Notes: generated from the sequence alone by a model not told the origin. Positions 12,920 through 26,402 are shown, numbered from the stretch's first letter. The stretch: DNA of 64,000 nucleotides from Octopus vulgaris (GCA_951406725.2 OX597819.1:22444001-22508000); one strand, 5' to 3'. A program made the numbers and translations.

Positions 12920-14210
12920 TACTATATATGTGTGTGCATGTGTATGTGTGTGTTACGTTTGTCAGCCTGATGTGTGTGCGTGTGTCTGTGTGTCTGTAAG
13001 CATGTATGTGTATGTGTATGAGGGCGTATTATATTTGTCAGAGCTCTGTGTGTGTGTGTGTATGCGCGTGTGCGTGTGTATGCGCGTGTGCGTGTGTATG
13101 TAAGTGTGTTGTGTTCGTCAGGATGTGTGCGCGCACATATCTGTATTTGTGAGTGTATCGGCCTGTATATGTGCATTTGTCATTTGTATTTCACAGGGGG
13201 GGGGGGGTGTCTTTTGTGCTTGTCAGGGTGGTGTGTGTGCATGTGTAAATATGTACATATATTTACGCATGCACACACACTACTTGTGCATGTATATATA
13301 TATGTGCCTGTACATGTATATATATATATGTGTATGTGAGTGTGTGTGTGTGCGTGTGTGTGTGTGTGAGTCTGTAAGTCTTTGCTGTAGTTGTTAAATT
13401 TTATTGTGTATGTATGTCTGTGCTTTTTCTAGGAATGTATTTGTTTTTACTCTGGGGAATTGGGATACTGTGTTTGTGTTTGTGCGTGTGCGTACGTGGG
13501 TTGTATTACATTTGTGTGTGCATCTGTGTATGTGTCTGTGTGTGCGTGTATATGTTTGTATATATAAGTCCGTCTGTGCTTTTGCTATGGGTGTGTAAGC
13601 GGTAGGAATATTGCGCTTATGTGTGAATGCGCGTAGGGAGTGTGCGTTCCCGTCGGTAATTAGAGCATTGCTCCATTGTTCCGACACCAGTCGACAGTCC
13701 AAGCATATTTTTAAAGATATTAGAGTATGTTTAACTGTAGCCTGCATTTTCAAATAAAAATGTTTTTTAAATTTATTCCTGTTTGGTTAATGCTGCATGA
13801 GCAAAGTTAAAATGGTAAAACTGGGAATTTTCGGGACATACTTCTTGCACAGAGATCAAGTGGCAAATAATTGGTATCTGTCTTGTGGTGGGGTCCATAA
13901 ATTTTTGGCGGTGGACTGTCATCCTATCTCCGAAGATGAGGCTTGTTAACCCTACTTAATCTCTGTGGCGTCCTTTGCACTTAATGCTATAAATTAAATT
14001 GTGTGATGCGCATGTGAAGTTAACTTTTACGACAAAAGTTTGTCTTGGTAGAAATTTATACATTGCACTTCCAATGAGGCGAATGCAAGTCCCGCAATTA
14101 TAGCGATCACACTTTTCGACGGATGATAATTGAGTTTTGGTGGGGAATTTGGCATTGATGAGTAAGCTTTTTTAGAATTTGAACTGTTAGAGTAGTTCCT
14201 AAAGGAACTA
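12920..14210 (-). mobile_element. Neptune-type PLE fragment (Zn-linker, GIY-YIG, CA-rich 3' region)
   Basis: Reverse complement of ~13800-14170 translates KSLLINAKF...VEKCDRYNCGTC...FTCASHNLIYSIKCKG...VGLT...RMTVHRQK. Confidence 0.7.
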
Positions 14211-14399
14211 CTCTAACAGCGTATTTCAAACTTTACAGTGAAGATCTATTTGCAAGGAAGATTTATTGTTACCGACTACCATCTTAATACACATGGGATA
14301 ATAAACAATAGAAGACGCGCAAAAGTGGTGCGTGTGTTGCAAATCATCACGATATCAGATTTGATAGTGCTCTTGGAAGACTTTTACAGTACATCTTTA

Positions 14400-15048
14400 T
14401 CAAGATGGATGTCTAGTCTTGATTATATGTTTGTATATGTCTATATATCTTAAACCGGAAAAATAAATAGACACATTTTGCTTTGTCGGCGCTATTACTC
14501 TGTCTCATACCTCTCTGGGCAATCGAACTCAGAGCATTCTAATTGTATTGTTGAATGACTGTAAAGTTGCAAAGGTTTTATTTATATTCTATTAAAATCT
14601 TTACTTTATAATTAACATCTCTTGACAATGATGTTTGGAAATATTTGTTCTTGTTTATTATATAAGTAAAAGTTTTGTATATCTTCACTTTTATAGATAG
14701 AGAGACCAATTGAAAACCGAAACCAAAGCCAAACCAATTTACAATAAATTGATGAGGAATAAACTCATTTAAGAAACTAATGTAATAAACTAGTTTCTGG
14801 GTCAACCATTCAGTTTCTTTTTGTTTTGTTTTCTCTCTCTATATATATAAACTGTAATCTTTATGATTATTAGAAACCGCAACAAGAAAAATTGGCTTAA
14901 AACGCAACATTTACTTTCGCTTTGCCCATCATTCATCTGACATCGCTCAGTACTCGTCAAGGCCACCATAACAATCCTCTACTATTCTTTTTTCTTCTAC
15001 TGTCTCTTTGTTTTCAGTGCACCTTCCATCGTATCCCACTCAGACCGA
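14400..15048. repeat. ~650-bp sequence with an inverted copy at ~21410-22075
   Basis: Long shared blocks, e.g. GGGCAATCGAACTCAGAGCATTCTAATT and CCAATTGAAAACCGAAACCAAAGCCAAACCAATTTACAATAAATTGATGAGGAATAAAC. Confidence 0.9.
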
Positions 15049-15065
15049 CGCCCTATGCTAGTGTT

Positions 15066-15096
<31 letters not shown>

Positions 15097-15097
15097 G

Positions 15098-15149
<52 letters not shown>

Positions 15150-15542
15150 AAAAAATACAAACTGGGACAAGAACTCAAAACATTTAGAAGACGATACGAA
15201 AAACACGGACGGGACATTCGAAGCCTTCAATCCTCAGTTAAGAACCGGATCATCCTCGCAATTTCGGTTGATTAATCTTGAGATTGCTCCAATCTGGCCA
15301 GAGAGAGAGAGAGAGAGCAATTGTGTACTGTCAACGTAACGCGACAGTCCCATAAATTATATATATGATATATACCTATATAAACATATATAATATACGG
15401 TGGTGCAGCCGACATAAAGGGAATCGCACCACCGCTATTTAGCCCTATGAAGCATCAACGCTTCCCGTCGGCCTTGACATATTTCCTGTGTCCTTATGTT
15501 GACAAAGGGGAGACTAGCACCTCCATCCGGTTAAGCCTGCAA

Positions 15543-15583
15543 CCAGAGACATGTTTCTGAGTGTATGTTCGTCATCAGTCTGG
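15543..15583 (-). ncRNA. Minimal hammerhead ribozyme motif
   Basis: Reverse complement CCAGA-CTGATGA-CGAACATACACTCA-GAAAC-AT-GTC-TCTGG: perfect stem I, canonical core, palindromic ACATGT stem III, GUC triplet; weak stem II. Confidence 0.7.
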
Positions 15584-15628
15584 AGTAGCTTGACCTGCTA
15601 GCTGAAGATAACTGTCTAGACTTTGTAA

Positions 15629-15659
<31 letters not shown>

Positions 15660-15687
15660 ATTGCACTGCTTATATCTCTCTGAGATA

Positions 15688-15746
<59 letters not shown>

Positions 15747-15768
15747 GATAGATAGATAGATAGATAGA

Positions 15769-16048
15769 TCGGGAAGTACATTTGCCACTTAAATGTGGCT
15801 AACCCCTAAAGGTGGATGCTACTGTAGCTTGTAGCCCCAGGAGGACACCTCCTCCAGCTGGATATTGACACACTGTCTGTGCCCTGTCAGTATTTGCAAA
15901 GGGAAGCCATCCTTCCCGTCTTCAGCCTATGATATACACGGACTCGAGTTTCTGGGTATTGAACCGTCATTAGCGTGTGGGGCAACAAGCTACATTAGCA
16001 TCCACCCTTAGGGGTTAGCCACATTTAATTGGCAAATGTACTTCACGA
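15769..16048. mobile_element. Short element with ~70-bp inverted ends and an internal hammerhead motif (PLE-derived or MITE-like)
   Basis: GAAGTACATTTGCCA.TTAAATGTGGCTAACCCCTAA.GGTGGATGCTA is repeated inverted at 15978-16048; - strand 15936-15978 reads ACACG-CTAATGA-CGG..CCA-GAAAC-TCGA-GTC-CGTGT. Confidence 0.75.
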
Positions 16049-16088
16049 CGTCGTGCAGCTACTGTTTATCCCTCGCTCAGAGATTCAT

Positions 16089-16140
<52 letters not shown>

Positions 16141-16185
16141 TGTGTGTGTATAGATATATTTATATATATATTATATATATATATC

Positions 16186-16880
16186 TATACAATAATATGT
16201 TACTTTACTCGGTAGTCAAGATAAAACTCTGAGTTTCAGATGCACTGGAACAAAAGAAAAGCGACACAATTATCTAATCATATTTGGTCTTTAAGAGATA
16301 AAGGTGTCGATTATAACATACAATGGAAGATTTTGGCCAGATGTAAGCCCTATACCAACGACAGCGGAAGGTGCGGTCTATGCGACATGGAGAGATGGCT
16401 TATCTGGAAAAGCAGCTTAGACCCTACTACATGTCTAAATACAAGGACAGAGCTTTTCGGATCATGCCCACATGTGACTAAATTTACGTTTTTGAGTTAC
16501 GTTTTTGGTCCCCTAAAGATAACAGATAGAACGTGCTTTCTATGTTATGTCCCAAGAAGAATTTATATATTTTTATATATTTTTATATATTTTTTATGTA
16601 TTTTTATATAATTTTTATGACGAAAAATGCGAGCGATGTATAAGTACGCAGGCAAGCAGAGTTATAACAGAGTAATTTCCCTTTATTTAACGGTATTTTT
16701 TCATAGCGTTTTCAAATAGCCAGATAACCGAAGAGATGGTGTTGTGGATTTCCACTTCGGCATCTGAAACTCAGAGTTTTATCTTGACTACCGAGTAAAG
16801 TAACATATTATTGTATAGATAAATTTCCTCTATTTACATAATACTGAGGTCTCTTTCTTTTGTTATCTTACCGTTTTATC

Positions 16881-16885
<5 letters not shown>
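16186..16885 (+). mobile_element. 5'-truncated PLE: GIY-YIG C-terminus plus 3' repeat, with a short inverted 5' end
   Basis: ORF 16240-16611 ATQLSNHIWSLRDKGVDYNIQWKILARCKPY...CGLC...LNTRTELFGSCPH; 16186-16243 is an inverted copy of the 3' end; same family as 10978-11792. Confidence 0.88.
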
Positions 16886-16922
<37 letters not shown>

Positions 16923-16947
16923 CTGTGTGTGTGTTTGTGTGTGTGTG

Positions 16948-16982
<35 letters not shown>

Positions 16983-17242
16983 TTATAGTACCAGAAACAT
17001 CCTTCGTCGATTGGGTTCAGAAACAGCTGCCTGTACTATGAATTTTGAAGAATTAATCATTTAGAATGTATTGAATATAAATAGGAAATGGGTGTTAAAT
17101 TTCATGTCGATGAGAGGGCTGTATATTTCTGGCGAATATCATAATGTTTATTGTATCATCATATATGATATATACCTATATAAACACATATAAAATACGG
17201 TGGTGCAGCCGACATATTCTTTCTAAAAGGAGTAAAGGAGTA

Positions 17243-17296
<54 letters not shown>

Positions 17297-17716
17297 CAAG
17301 AAGAGAGCTGTTCTGCATATGATGGTTCATTCGATTCTGGAAGTTTCATTCCTGTGCTTTCGGATTCTACAAAGGAAATGAAAGAAAGGAGTAGACTTTT
17401 CTCTATAGCTTCCGCTATGCAAATACATATCCTGTGTGTACCTTTCCTTGAAACCACTGGTCGTCATGCCCGTGTAGTGCCTCTTAAGACTATAGAGCTA
17501 TATGAGGAGGGATCATTCTAGAGACCAGCAAGTAGTGTTTCGATGGATAAATTTGTGACTGGAAGGTTTGCCGGTGCGTGTTTGCGACTGTTGTAACGGG
17601 CAATGTTAAGCGATTATTTCTAAATATGAATATCTCACCATATGCATACATTCATTCACACACATATACACTCTCACACACGAACGCACACACACTGAAA
17701 TACACACACACACTAA

Positions 17717-18490
17717 TACTGCGTCATCCTATAATGCGGTCTTTTCAATTGCATGAACTAAAGATCAGAGGGGACGTGATAAACTACCTGCATCAACTTG
17801 CTATAAGCGCAGATATTAATATTACCTCGTCCTTATCCTTATTCTTAGATTTCAACAGTTAGTTTGTCAATGCTATAATTGAAGTTACAAAGGAGCATAT
17901 TCGCCACATTTTGCTTCATGAGGGAACGTCTGCCCTCACGTAAAGTATTGATATCTGTGTAGTAGGATACGAAACGTTATGTCCGCTTTGAACTTTTCAA
18001 GCCAAACCACATAATAACAAAGGAGATCTACTGCGAACAGCTTCAGAGGTGTAAGTCAGTGCTAGAAGCAAAACGACCATCTTTAGTTTCAAGACAAAAC
18101 ATATTCTTCCATCAGGATATTGCTCGGCCACATAGAGTGAGGATGATATTCCAAATGCTGGAGCGGTCTGAATGGGTAACGACGCCCCTTCCACCAAATT
18201 TCTTAGGGCATTGCCCCACCCGATTATCATTTATTTCACTCTTTTCAAATTAATTTGGAAGGGGAAAAAATATGAATTCTGGAGACGAGGTTAGAACAGT
18301 AAGGGAGAAATATTATTCGTCACAAGCAAGTGAATTTTGGAAGATGGACCTTGCAATTCTACCCGATAGATGGAAGAGCATTGTAGAAAATGAAGGAGAG
18401 TACATTTTCGATTAAGAAAGAACTTAGTTTATCATAATTTTCAAAAATAAAAGTGTAAAGAAACCACATTATGTATGGGATGACTCAATA
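17717..18490 (+). mobile_element. Internally deleted mariner transposon
   Basis: TIR-like ends TACTGCGTCATCCTATAATGCGG and CCACATTATGTATGGGATGACTCAATA; KRPSLVSRQNIFFHQDIARPH and APPDYHLFHS motifs. Confidence 0.85.
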
Positions 18491-18730
18491 TATCTCTCAC
18501 TATATATTATTTGTGTATGTGTATGTGCTTATTTGCACACTAACTCCCTATTGGCTCTCATGGATTCCTATTATAGCCAATCTTAACGCCGCCGACATAT
18601 TCAATGATACAGACTTCGATGTGTATGTTGAAATCATTTGAGCACTACGCACTTTCCATATTAAGCATCTCTGGATGTCAGCATTTGACTCTCTCTCTCT
18701 CTCTCTCTTTCTCTGTGTGTCCCTATGTGT

Positions 18731-18774
<44 letters not shown>

Positions 18775-19629
18775 AAATATATATATGTATACGTGCATGT
18801 ATATGTATGTATATGTGACTATCTCTGCGTGAATGTGTGAGTGTGTGTGCATGTGCGTGTTATTATATGTGTTTGAGTGTGTGCATGTTTGTATGTATGA
18901 CTGTCATTATTCGGTTTCATTTCAAGATTTATTGCCAAAAGAGCTGGTTTCTAATCCAGTTTTAAGCTATCTTCATTGGAGTTTCAACATCAGCAACAGG
19001 ATACTTTTGTATGTAGGTGCATAGATGTGCAGATCTGTATGTTTTGTTTCGTACATGTGTTGTCATGCATATACTTGCATATATATAGACAAGCTCATAT
19101 ATGCTCAAATGATAAACTTCTAGAAAGTTTTACAGATTTTTACAGTTCCAGTGATGGTTTTGGTCAGTAGTCGTTGAATCAGCATTCTCATTTCTGGTTT
19201 TGAGAAGCCCAATTACTCAAGTCTGGTGTTAAGGCAGTGTGTTAGATATTCCAGTTACGCAATAATTACAAGTACAAACCTGAACTTGTATTCCGGATAG
19301 AAAAATTGTAGATTTCTCAATAGCTCAGGGTAGGTTTTCTGTTTTCCGTTGATATTTAGTTTTATGTAAACATCGGTTGGACAGCTGATATCCACGACTG
19401 CACGCTATTTCTATCTGTATATGTATGAATGAATGTATGTATGTATGTATGTATGTGTGTGTGTATGTAAGTATGTATGTATGTAAATAAATAGATAGGT
19501 TTCTAGGTAGAGTGTCAGAATGAAAGACAACTATTCTGCTAGCTAACTTGCTAGTTAGCAGATTATTGCTATGGCTATGATCAACATATGATAATTGTCC
19601 AAAATACTGGACAAGGCTATTAATTCTGA

Positions 19630-19798
19630 ATGAGAGTGAAAGGGAATTATATCGACCCAAGTCATCAACTGCCAATTATTTCATCGACTCCGAATTATGG
19701 AAAGGCAAAATCGACGTCAGCAGGATTTGAAACTGAACGTAAGGACGGACGTAAAATATTTCGCTCCCCGTGTGCTAACGATTCTGCCAACTCACCAA
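19630..19798 (-). mobile_element. Old SINE remnant
   Basis: Reverse complement head GGTGAGTTGGCAGAATCGTTAGCAC, same family as 5722-5923. Confidence 0.55.
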
Positions 19799-20215
19799 TA
19801 ACGACTTAAAAGTTTGACTCAAGGCCAACAAGTTCTCGAGCCCTGAAATTTGTCGTAGAGATATTAGTTTTACCATTGAGTCAGAAAGGAGGATTAAACC
19901 AGGCCGGAATTCTCTAATGTAATCGTCCACATCCTTTATAATTGCTAATGTCGGCTCCAGTAGATTTAGAAGTAAGAAGACTCAAAGAGATTTTGGTAGG
20001 TCGAGAAGACAAATCACATTCCTATTTTCAGACTCAGTGCGAACTATGGTATTAAAATACTTTTAAAATGCTTCTTAAGTTTGGCATCATTTGTATTTAT
20101 TATTAACCGTCTTCTTATTGGATTTAATTTCATTATTGAGATTATTTTCCTATCATAATCTCCATTATTAGCATTTATACTGCGACTATTATTACGGTGA
20201 TTATTATTTTCAATC

Positions 20216-20263
<48 letters not shown>

Positions 20264-20544
20264 GGAGAAATGGCGTACTCCGAATTAATAAGGTGACGTA
20301 CTCCGATGGTAGAGAGGTATTCAGGGATCAGGTACTCCGATACTGTCGACAGGACGTTGGGTCCGTGTGAGCTTGCAGTAAATAGTCAATTAAAATAAAA
20401 CACAGAAAAATTGAAAAAAAAGAAACCATCACACGTGTGGACGTAGTACAAGCAATGTATTAAAGATGCTCAGAGAAGGGAAAATGTTGTGGTTTTACGC
20501 TTCAAGCATAGCTCTTCTCGGAGACGGGAAGAACAGGAAAGTCC

Positions 20545-21050
20545 TCTGGGATGATTCAAATTTCTAGATGATTTGTTTTGTATGGGGAAACCAAACGAGA
20601 CAGCAGTATTCAAGATGTGGCTGTACAAAGGAGGAGAAAAGTGGAATGACGGCTTGTTCTCTGGACCAGAAGATTCTTAAGATCCAGGAGCTCACCCTAC
20701 GAGCTCTATCGATCTTATTGTTGATGTGAGCACTCAAACTGAGATTGTTATTAACCATTATTCCTAGGTCTCTGATATAATAAGATTCTGTGAGAGGTTC
20801 ACCTGAAGGAAGAAAGTATGGTTGTTTTAACATAGTCTTTATTTTCCGAAATGCATCGGCTCAAATTTTCCTGTTTAGTTGCATTTTGCTTTTGTCAGCC
20901 CGTGTAGATGAGACTTGAGTTGAGTTCGGTTTTCTTCTTCATTGATACTTTTCCGAAGCTTAGAGTCATCAGCAAATATTTTCACTTGGCTGTGTTTTGT
21001 GACGCTGGAAAGGTCGTTAGAAAGATTATAAAGAGGAGCGGGCCCACTGA
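20545..21050 (-). mobile_element. CR1-like LINE RT fragment
   Basis: IRDLGIMVNNNLSLSAHIN...PLFSSFVQPHLEYCCLVWFPH; same family as 56925-58255. Confidence 0.85.
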
Positions 21051-22152
21051 TGACTTTTTTCTGAGCGAAATGTGCATTCTAGAACAGGAATGGGGTTGTA
21101 TGTGGGTTTAAAGTAAAGAATAGTTGCAATTTAGTAGGGGTGTGTACATGTGGATGGCTGTACGTGAGAAGAGAGCAGGTATGACTGGGAATATACATCA
21201 TAGGCTGAGAGTGTAAGAAATTATGTATGTGTGAACGTGTTGATGTATGTAGAGGTCTTAAGTGGTAATAAGGTGGAGGCAAGGCTGTATGAATATGGAT
21301 GTGTGTAAGAGAGAGCTATGAAGATGTGCTGGGAGGCGGTGTTTGTGTGTTTGGGTACTGAATGTAAGTGGTGGTGTGGTGATGAGATAAAGATCGCCGG
21401 TTGGTTGGCGGTCTGAGTTGGGTACGATGGAAGGTAAACTGAAAACAAAGGTACATTTGAAAAAAAAAAAAAGAAAAGTAGAGGATTGTTACGGTGGCCT
21501 TGAAGAATACCGAAAGGTGTCAGATGAATGATCGGCAGAACGAAAAGTAAATGTTGACTTTTAATCAAATTTGTCTTGTAACGGTTTCTAACGATCATAA
21601 ATATTACAGTGTATATATAGAGAAAACAAAACAAAAAGAAACTGAATGGTTGGCTCTGTAACTAGTTTATTACATTAGTTTCTTAAATAAGTTTATTCCT
21701 CATCAATTTATTGTAAATTGGTTTGGCTTTGGTTTCGGTTTTCAATTGGTAAGTCTCTCTATCTATAAAAGTAAAGATATACAAAACTCTTATTTATATA
21801 CATGAAATCAAATATTTACAAATATAATTGTCAAGAGATGCTAATTATGAAGTTAAGATTTTAATAGAATATAAATATAAACCTTTGCAACTTTACAGTC
21901 ATTCAACAATATAATTAGAATGCTCTGAGTTCGATTGCCCAGGGAGGTATGAGACAGAGTAATCGCGCTGACAAAGCAAAATGTATTTATTTATTTTTCC
22001 GGCTTAATATATATAGACAAATACAAGTATATAAACAAATATGAAGCAGGGTCCTTAAGGCTAGACATCCATCTATATATATATATATTTATACAATATT
22101 TATATTATTATATGATTGAACGCCAAGTATCCACTTCCAAAGAAGTTATATA

Positions 22153-22199
<47 letters not shown>

Positions 22200-22236
22200 G
22201 TGTGTGTGTGTGTATATATATGTATATGTATATATA

Positions 22237-22650
22237 GGCGCAGGAGTGGTTGTGTGGTAAGTAGCTTGCTTACCAACCACATGGTTCCGGGTTCAGTCCC
22301 ATTGCGTGGCATCTTGGGCAAGTGTCTTCTGCTATAGCCCCGGGCCGACCAATGCCTTGTGAGTGGATTTGGTAGACGGAAACTGAAAGAAGCCTGTCGT
22401 ATATTTGTATATTTTTATATATGTGTGTGTGTGTCTGTGTTTGTCCCCCTAGCATTGCTTGACAACCGATGCTGGTGTGTTTACATCCCCGTCACTTAGC
22501 GGTTCGGCAAAGGAGACCGATAGAATAAGTACTGGGCTTACAAAGAATAAGTCCCGGGGTCGATTTGCTCGACTAAAGGCGTTGCTCCAGCATGGCCGCA
22601 GTCAAATGACTGAAACAAGTAAAAGAGTAAAAGAGTAAAGAGTAAAGAGT
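22237..22650 (+). mobile_element. Full-length tRNA-derived SINE (octopus-type)
   Basis: GGCGCAGGAGTGG.TGTGTGGTAAG A-box, GGTTCAGTCCC B-box, central body, 3' tail GCTCCAGCATGGCCGCAGTCAAATGACTGAAAC + (AAAGAGT)n. Confidence 0.9.
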
Positions 22651-23192
22651 ATATATAGTTCTAGAAACACCCGTCGTTGAATATTGAAAATTACTCAGAG
22701 TGTATTCAACATGACTAAGAAATGGGTTTTACCTTTCATGCAGATGAGAGAGCTGTATGTTTCTCGTAAATATATCAGAAATGACTGTAAACTTTGAAGT
22801 GGATGATTGAACTGTTTTCTTCTGGCTAATATCATTATATATGTTACATCATCATATATAACATATAGATATATATTATATACTGGGGCATCAGCTTGAC
22901 CACAGCCGCCCTAGACCTTCGGAAACGATTTAAAATGTTATATATATATGAGAGAAAGTTGTCAAAAGTAAAATTTAAAGCTTTGTTGTTGTAAGTACTG
23001 GTTGTCACAAAAGTATCAAAATACAGATATACATTATTTGATAATATATGTTAAAAAACACTTTACAAGGAAATATCTGAGAAAATATTAAACCAAAGGT
23101 ATTAGGAGTTCAATAAAAATCATGTTTGTTTGGAAGTATCTATATACATACAAAAAAACTATTAGGAGTTCAATAAACGTGTTTGTTAGCTA

Positions 23193-23246
<54 letters not shown>

Positions 23247-23494
23247 GGAAATATATTTAGGAGTTTAAAAATGCAGCACACATACACATGTGCACACACA
23301 CACCCAGAAACTTCATAAATCATACCCACATATATACACACACACAAACGCATATTCAGTACCAACATACACAAAACGCACAGGCATACACATACACACC
23401 AACCAACTAACCCAACACACTTACACACACATACACACCCACACATACCCTCCACATAAATACATATGCATATACATATATACATACATACATA

Positions 23495-23548
<54 letters not shown>

Positions 23549-23884
23549 ATAAATTTCTTAATAAGCGGGTAAATATGTAATTTTAAATACCTTGTAACTT
23601 TGCAGCTGCGGAGATAATTATTAACTATTAATGGAACAGTAAATGTATATTTTTATATATAACTTATACTTTGCCACCTCATTGTATTCATTTAAGAGTT
23701 TCACCTCTAGGACTCACATACATTCCGACATGTTATTCGTCATATATGTACATGTATGAGTAGATGTGTAGTTAATATCTTAAAATAGAATTATTTCTAT
23801 TTTCAAAAATCAGTGAATGTATTTCACTTGAAATATATGTTTTCAAAGGCGAATAGGCATCGACAGCTAACAGGCCATGCTAAT

Positions 23885-23925
23885 CCAGACTGATGATGAG
23901 CAATGGTTCTGAAACTTGAATCTGG
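23885..23925 (+). ncRNA. Decayed minimal hammerhead motif
   Basis: CCAGA-CTGATGA-T-GAGC-AATG-GTTC-T-GAAAC-TT-GAA-TCTGG; cleavage triplet lacks the required U. Confidence 0.4.
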
Positions 23926-24294
23926 TTGCTGATTTTGCTGGGTGGAGGTGCTTGGTTCCACTTTGAAAACGTAAGGACACAGGAAATGTTTTAAGTCCAA
24001 CAAGAAACGGTGCTTCCTAGGGCTAAATAGCAGTAGCATTCTTTCCTTTTCTGGGACTGTCACAATAAGTTGACAACATGCACAGTTATACACTTACATA
24101 AATACATTCACCAACAGATACACAGTCATATACAGGATGCCATGTCGTCGTCATTGTGGTATAAGATGTCCTGTTGACAACAGAAAGATTATCGTTAAAA
24201 ATTCTTTTATTGTTTTAATCGAAATGAAAATAATGGAAATGAAAGGAGAGTATTGTAATTCGCTGAAGTATTGTGTATTGCTTGTAAAATATAA

Positions 24295-25055
24295 CGTGTC
24301 TTGAATGGCACAACAATGCAGAGTGAACTATATTAACTGTTATAATTTAATTATCCCTAGTCTGATATAATAATAATAATATTTCGGAATACAAAAATTC
24401 TTTCTTCAGATATCGCTAGGAATTGATCGATTCACTGCTATAATCGGTTTTCCTGTGGTTACTGATTTTTTTTCCGGTAGCATCTCTGTAGTGGTCTCAC
24501 GAAGCTCCTTCCGGAGTGAGAAGTAAGTGAGGGCGGCTATGCCTCAAGCTCGTGCGCGTTGGCATATCCGCAGCGCTGCTTCCAAGTTACGTATTATATG
24601 TGGATTTAATGTTTCTTTCTTTTTTCCTAATACATGAGAATGATACCAAACATGAACTTAAACGCATTCAGACGTAGCTAAATTATATATTGATTGTCAC
24701 CTACGGCCTGTTGTTAATTTGGGGCCCTAGTAAGTCTATGAAAATAGCTTTCATAATTCTTAGATTACCCAAATTTATTTCATTGGTCTCAATTGTGATT
24801 GTTATGCTTTTGTCGGTGTTCTGGCATCTGTCTGGATGTTTTCTGAAGGAGGAGGCTCTCGTATTCAGATGTTTTTTTGATACGAATGTGTAACGGTCTC
24901 TTGTTGTGCTACATACATAGAACTTGTTGCATTTGTTATATTGTATCCTATACGCAACATTTCCCCGTTGGCATATATTATTATATCAGACTATCGATAA
25001 TTAAATTATTACAATTATTATAATCCGCTCTGCATTTTTGTGCCATTCAAGACAC
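24295..25055 (-). mobile_element. Truncated PLE (GIY-YIG fragment) with inverted terminal segment
   Basis: Reverse complement of ~24830-24970 gives CQRGNVAYRIQYNKCNKFYVCSTTR/PLHIRIKKHL; 24295-24382 is inverted at 24972-25055; hammerhead-like GATAT-CTGAAGA...GAAA...ATATC at 24364-24414. Confidence 0.75.
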
Positions 25056-25062
25056 AATTTCC

Positions 25063-25235
25063 TATTGACATTAACCAGCCCTTACATACATATACTATGT
25101 TTAATAACCTACCTAACGCAGAAATACAAACACACTGTGAGATATATACACACTCCTACACTCACACGCATGCATTCTCAGACAGATACATATTCATATA
25201 CAAAATGAGACGTCGTCTTCGTCGTCAGTCATCAC

Positions 25236-25296
<61 letters not shown>

Positions 25297-25980
25297 TGTG
25301 TGTGTATGTGTGTGTATGTGTGTGTGTGTAGATGTGTGTATGTGTGTAAGAACGTACGTTACATATGTAGATCTATATGTAGATTTAAATGTTTAATAAC
25401 GTACCCAACTCGTAAAGACGCACACTCTATTGGACATATACACACTCATACATTTAAATACATAAACTCACAGACAAATGCACAGTCATACAAAAACCGA
25501 TAGTTTCATTTCGACATTTAAATTTCATTCGTGTAAAAAATATTTTGGTCGCTTTGAAACCACGAACTCTTCACTGACAAAACTTTGTGCTGCATCTGAG
25601 AAAGTAACAGTTAGGTCATGTGTGTGTATTTGTATGTATGTATGTATGTATGTATGTATGTATGTATGTATGCATCTATGCACGTATGTATGTATGTATG
25701 TATCTATGTATGTATGCATGTATGCATGTATGTATGTATGTATGTATGTATGTATGTATGTATGTATGATGTATGTATGCATGTATGTATGTATGTATGT
25801 ATGTATGTATGTATGTATCTGTGTATGTATCTGTGTATGTATGTATGTATGTATGTATGTATGTTAGCATTTACTTATGTACGTGTTTAGCCTGTCTGCA
25901 TGTGTGTATATGTGTATGTACATATCCATGTACGTTTATGTACTGATATGTGTGTCTGTCCAAGTTGTATATATATATAC

Positions 25981-26025
<45 letters not shown>

Positions 26026-26342
26026 CCATGCACAGGATCTCAGATCAAGTCATAATTAGAAGATTTATCTCTATAAATCGATATGAAAATAAATTTTCCT
26101 GTTGACACTGACCAGCCCTCACTTACATATTGTATTTTTAATAATGCACCTAACGCTAAAAGATACACACACTGCGAGACGTATACACACGCTTACACTG
26201 ACACACATACATTCATAGACAGATACACATTCATATCGAAAATGTGACGTCGTCGTCTACGTATCCGTTGTGGTTAACCAGCCCTCACATACATATAGTG
26301 TTTAATAATGTACCTAACGCGGAAGTACACAGACATTGTGAG

Positions 26343-26350
<8 letters not shown>
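25063..26350 (+). repeat. Degenerate tandem array of a ~170-250-bp CA-rich unit interspersed with microsatellites
   Basis: ACCAGCCCTYAC.TACATAT..TTTAATAA..ACCTAACGC recurs at ~25070, 26110, 26277 and again at 27770; inverted homologue at ~8030-8350. Confidence 0.7.

Positions 26351-26397
<47 letters not shown>

Positions 26398-26402
<5 letters not shown>

Noticed and set aside
20274-20342. Short GTACTCCGA motif repeated with variable spacers (CRISPR-like look)
   Set aside because: Only 9-nt repeats, three exact copies, irregular spacing, eukaryotic context with no cas genes.
22237-22310. tRNA-like sequences at SINE heads
   Set aside because: A/B boxes are present but there is no complete cloverleaf, and they continue into multi-copy SINE bodies.
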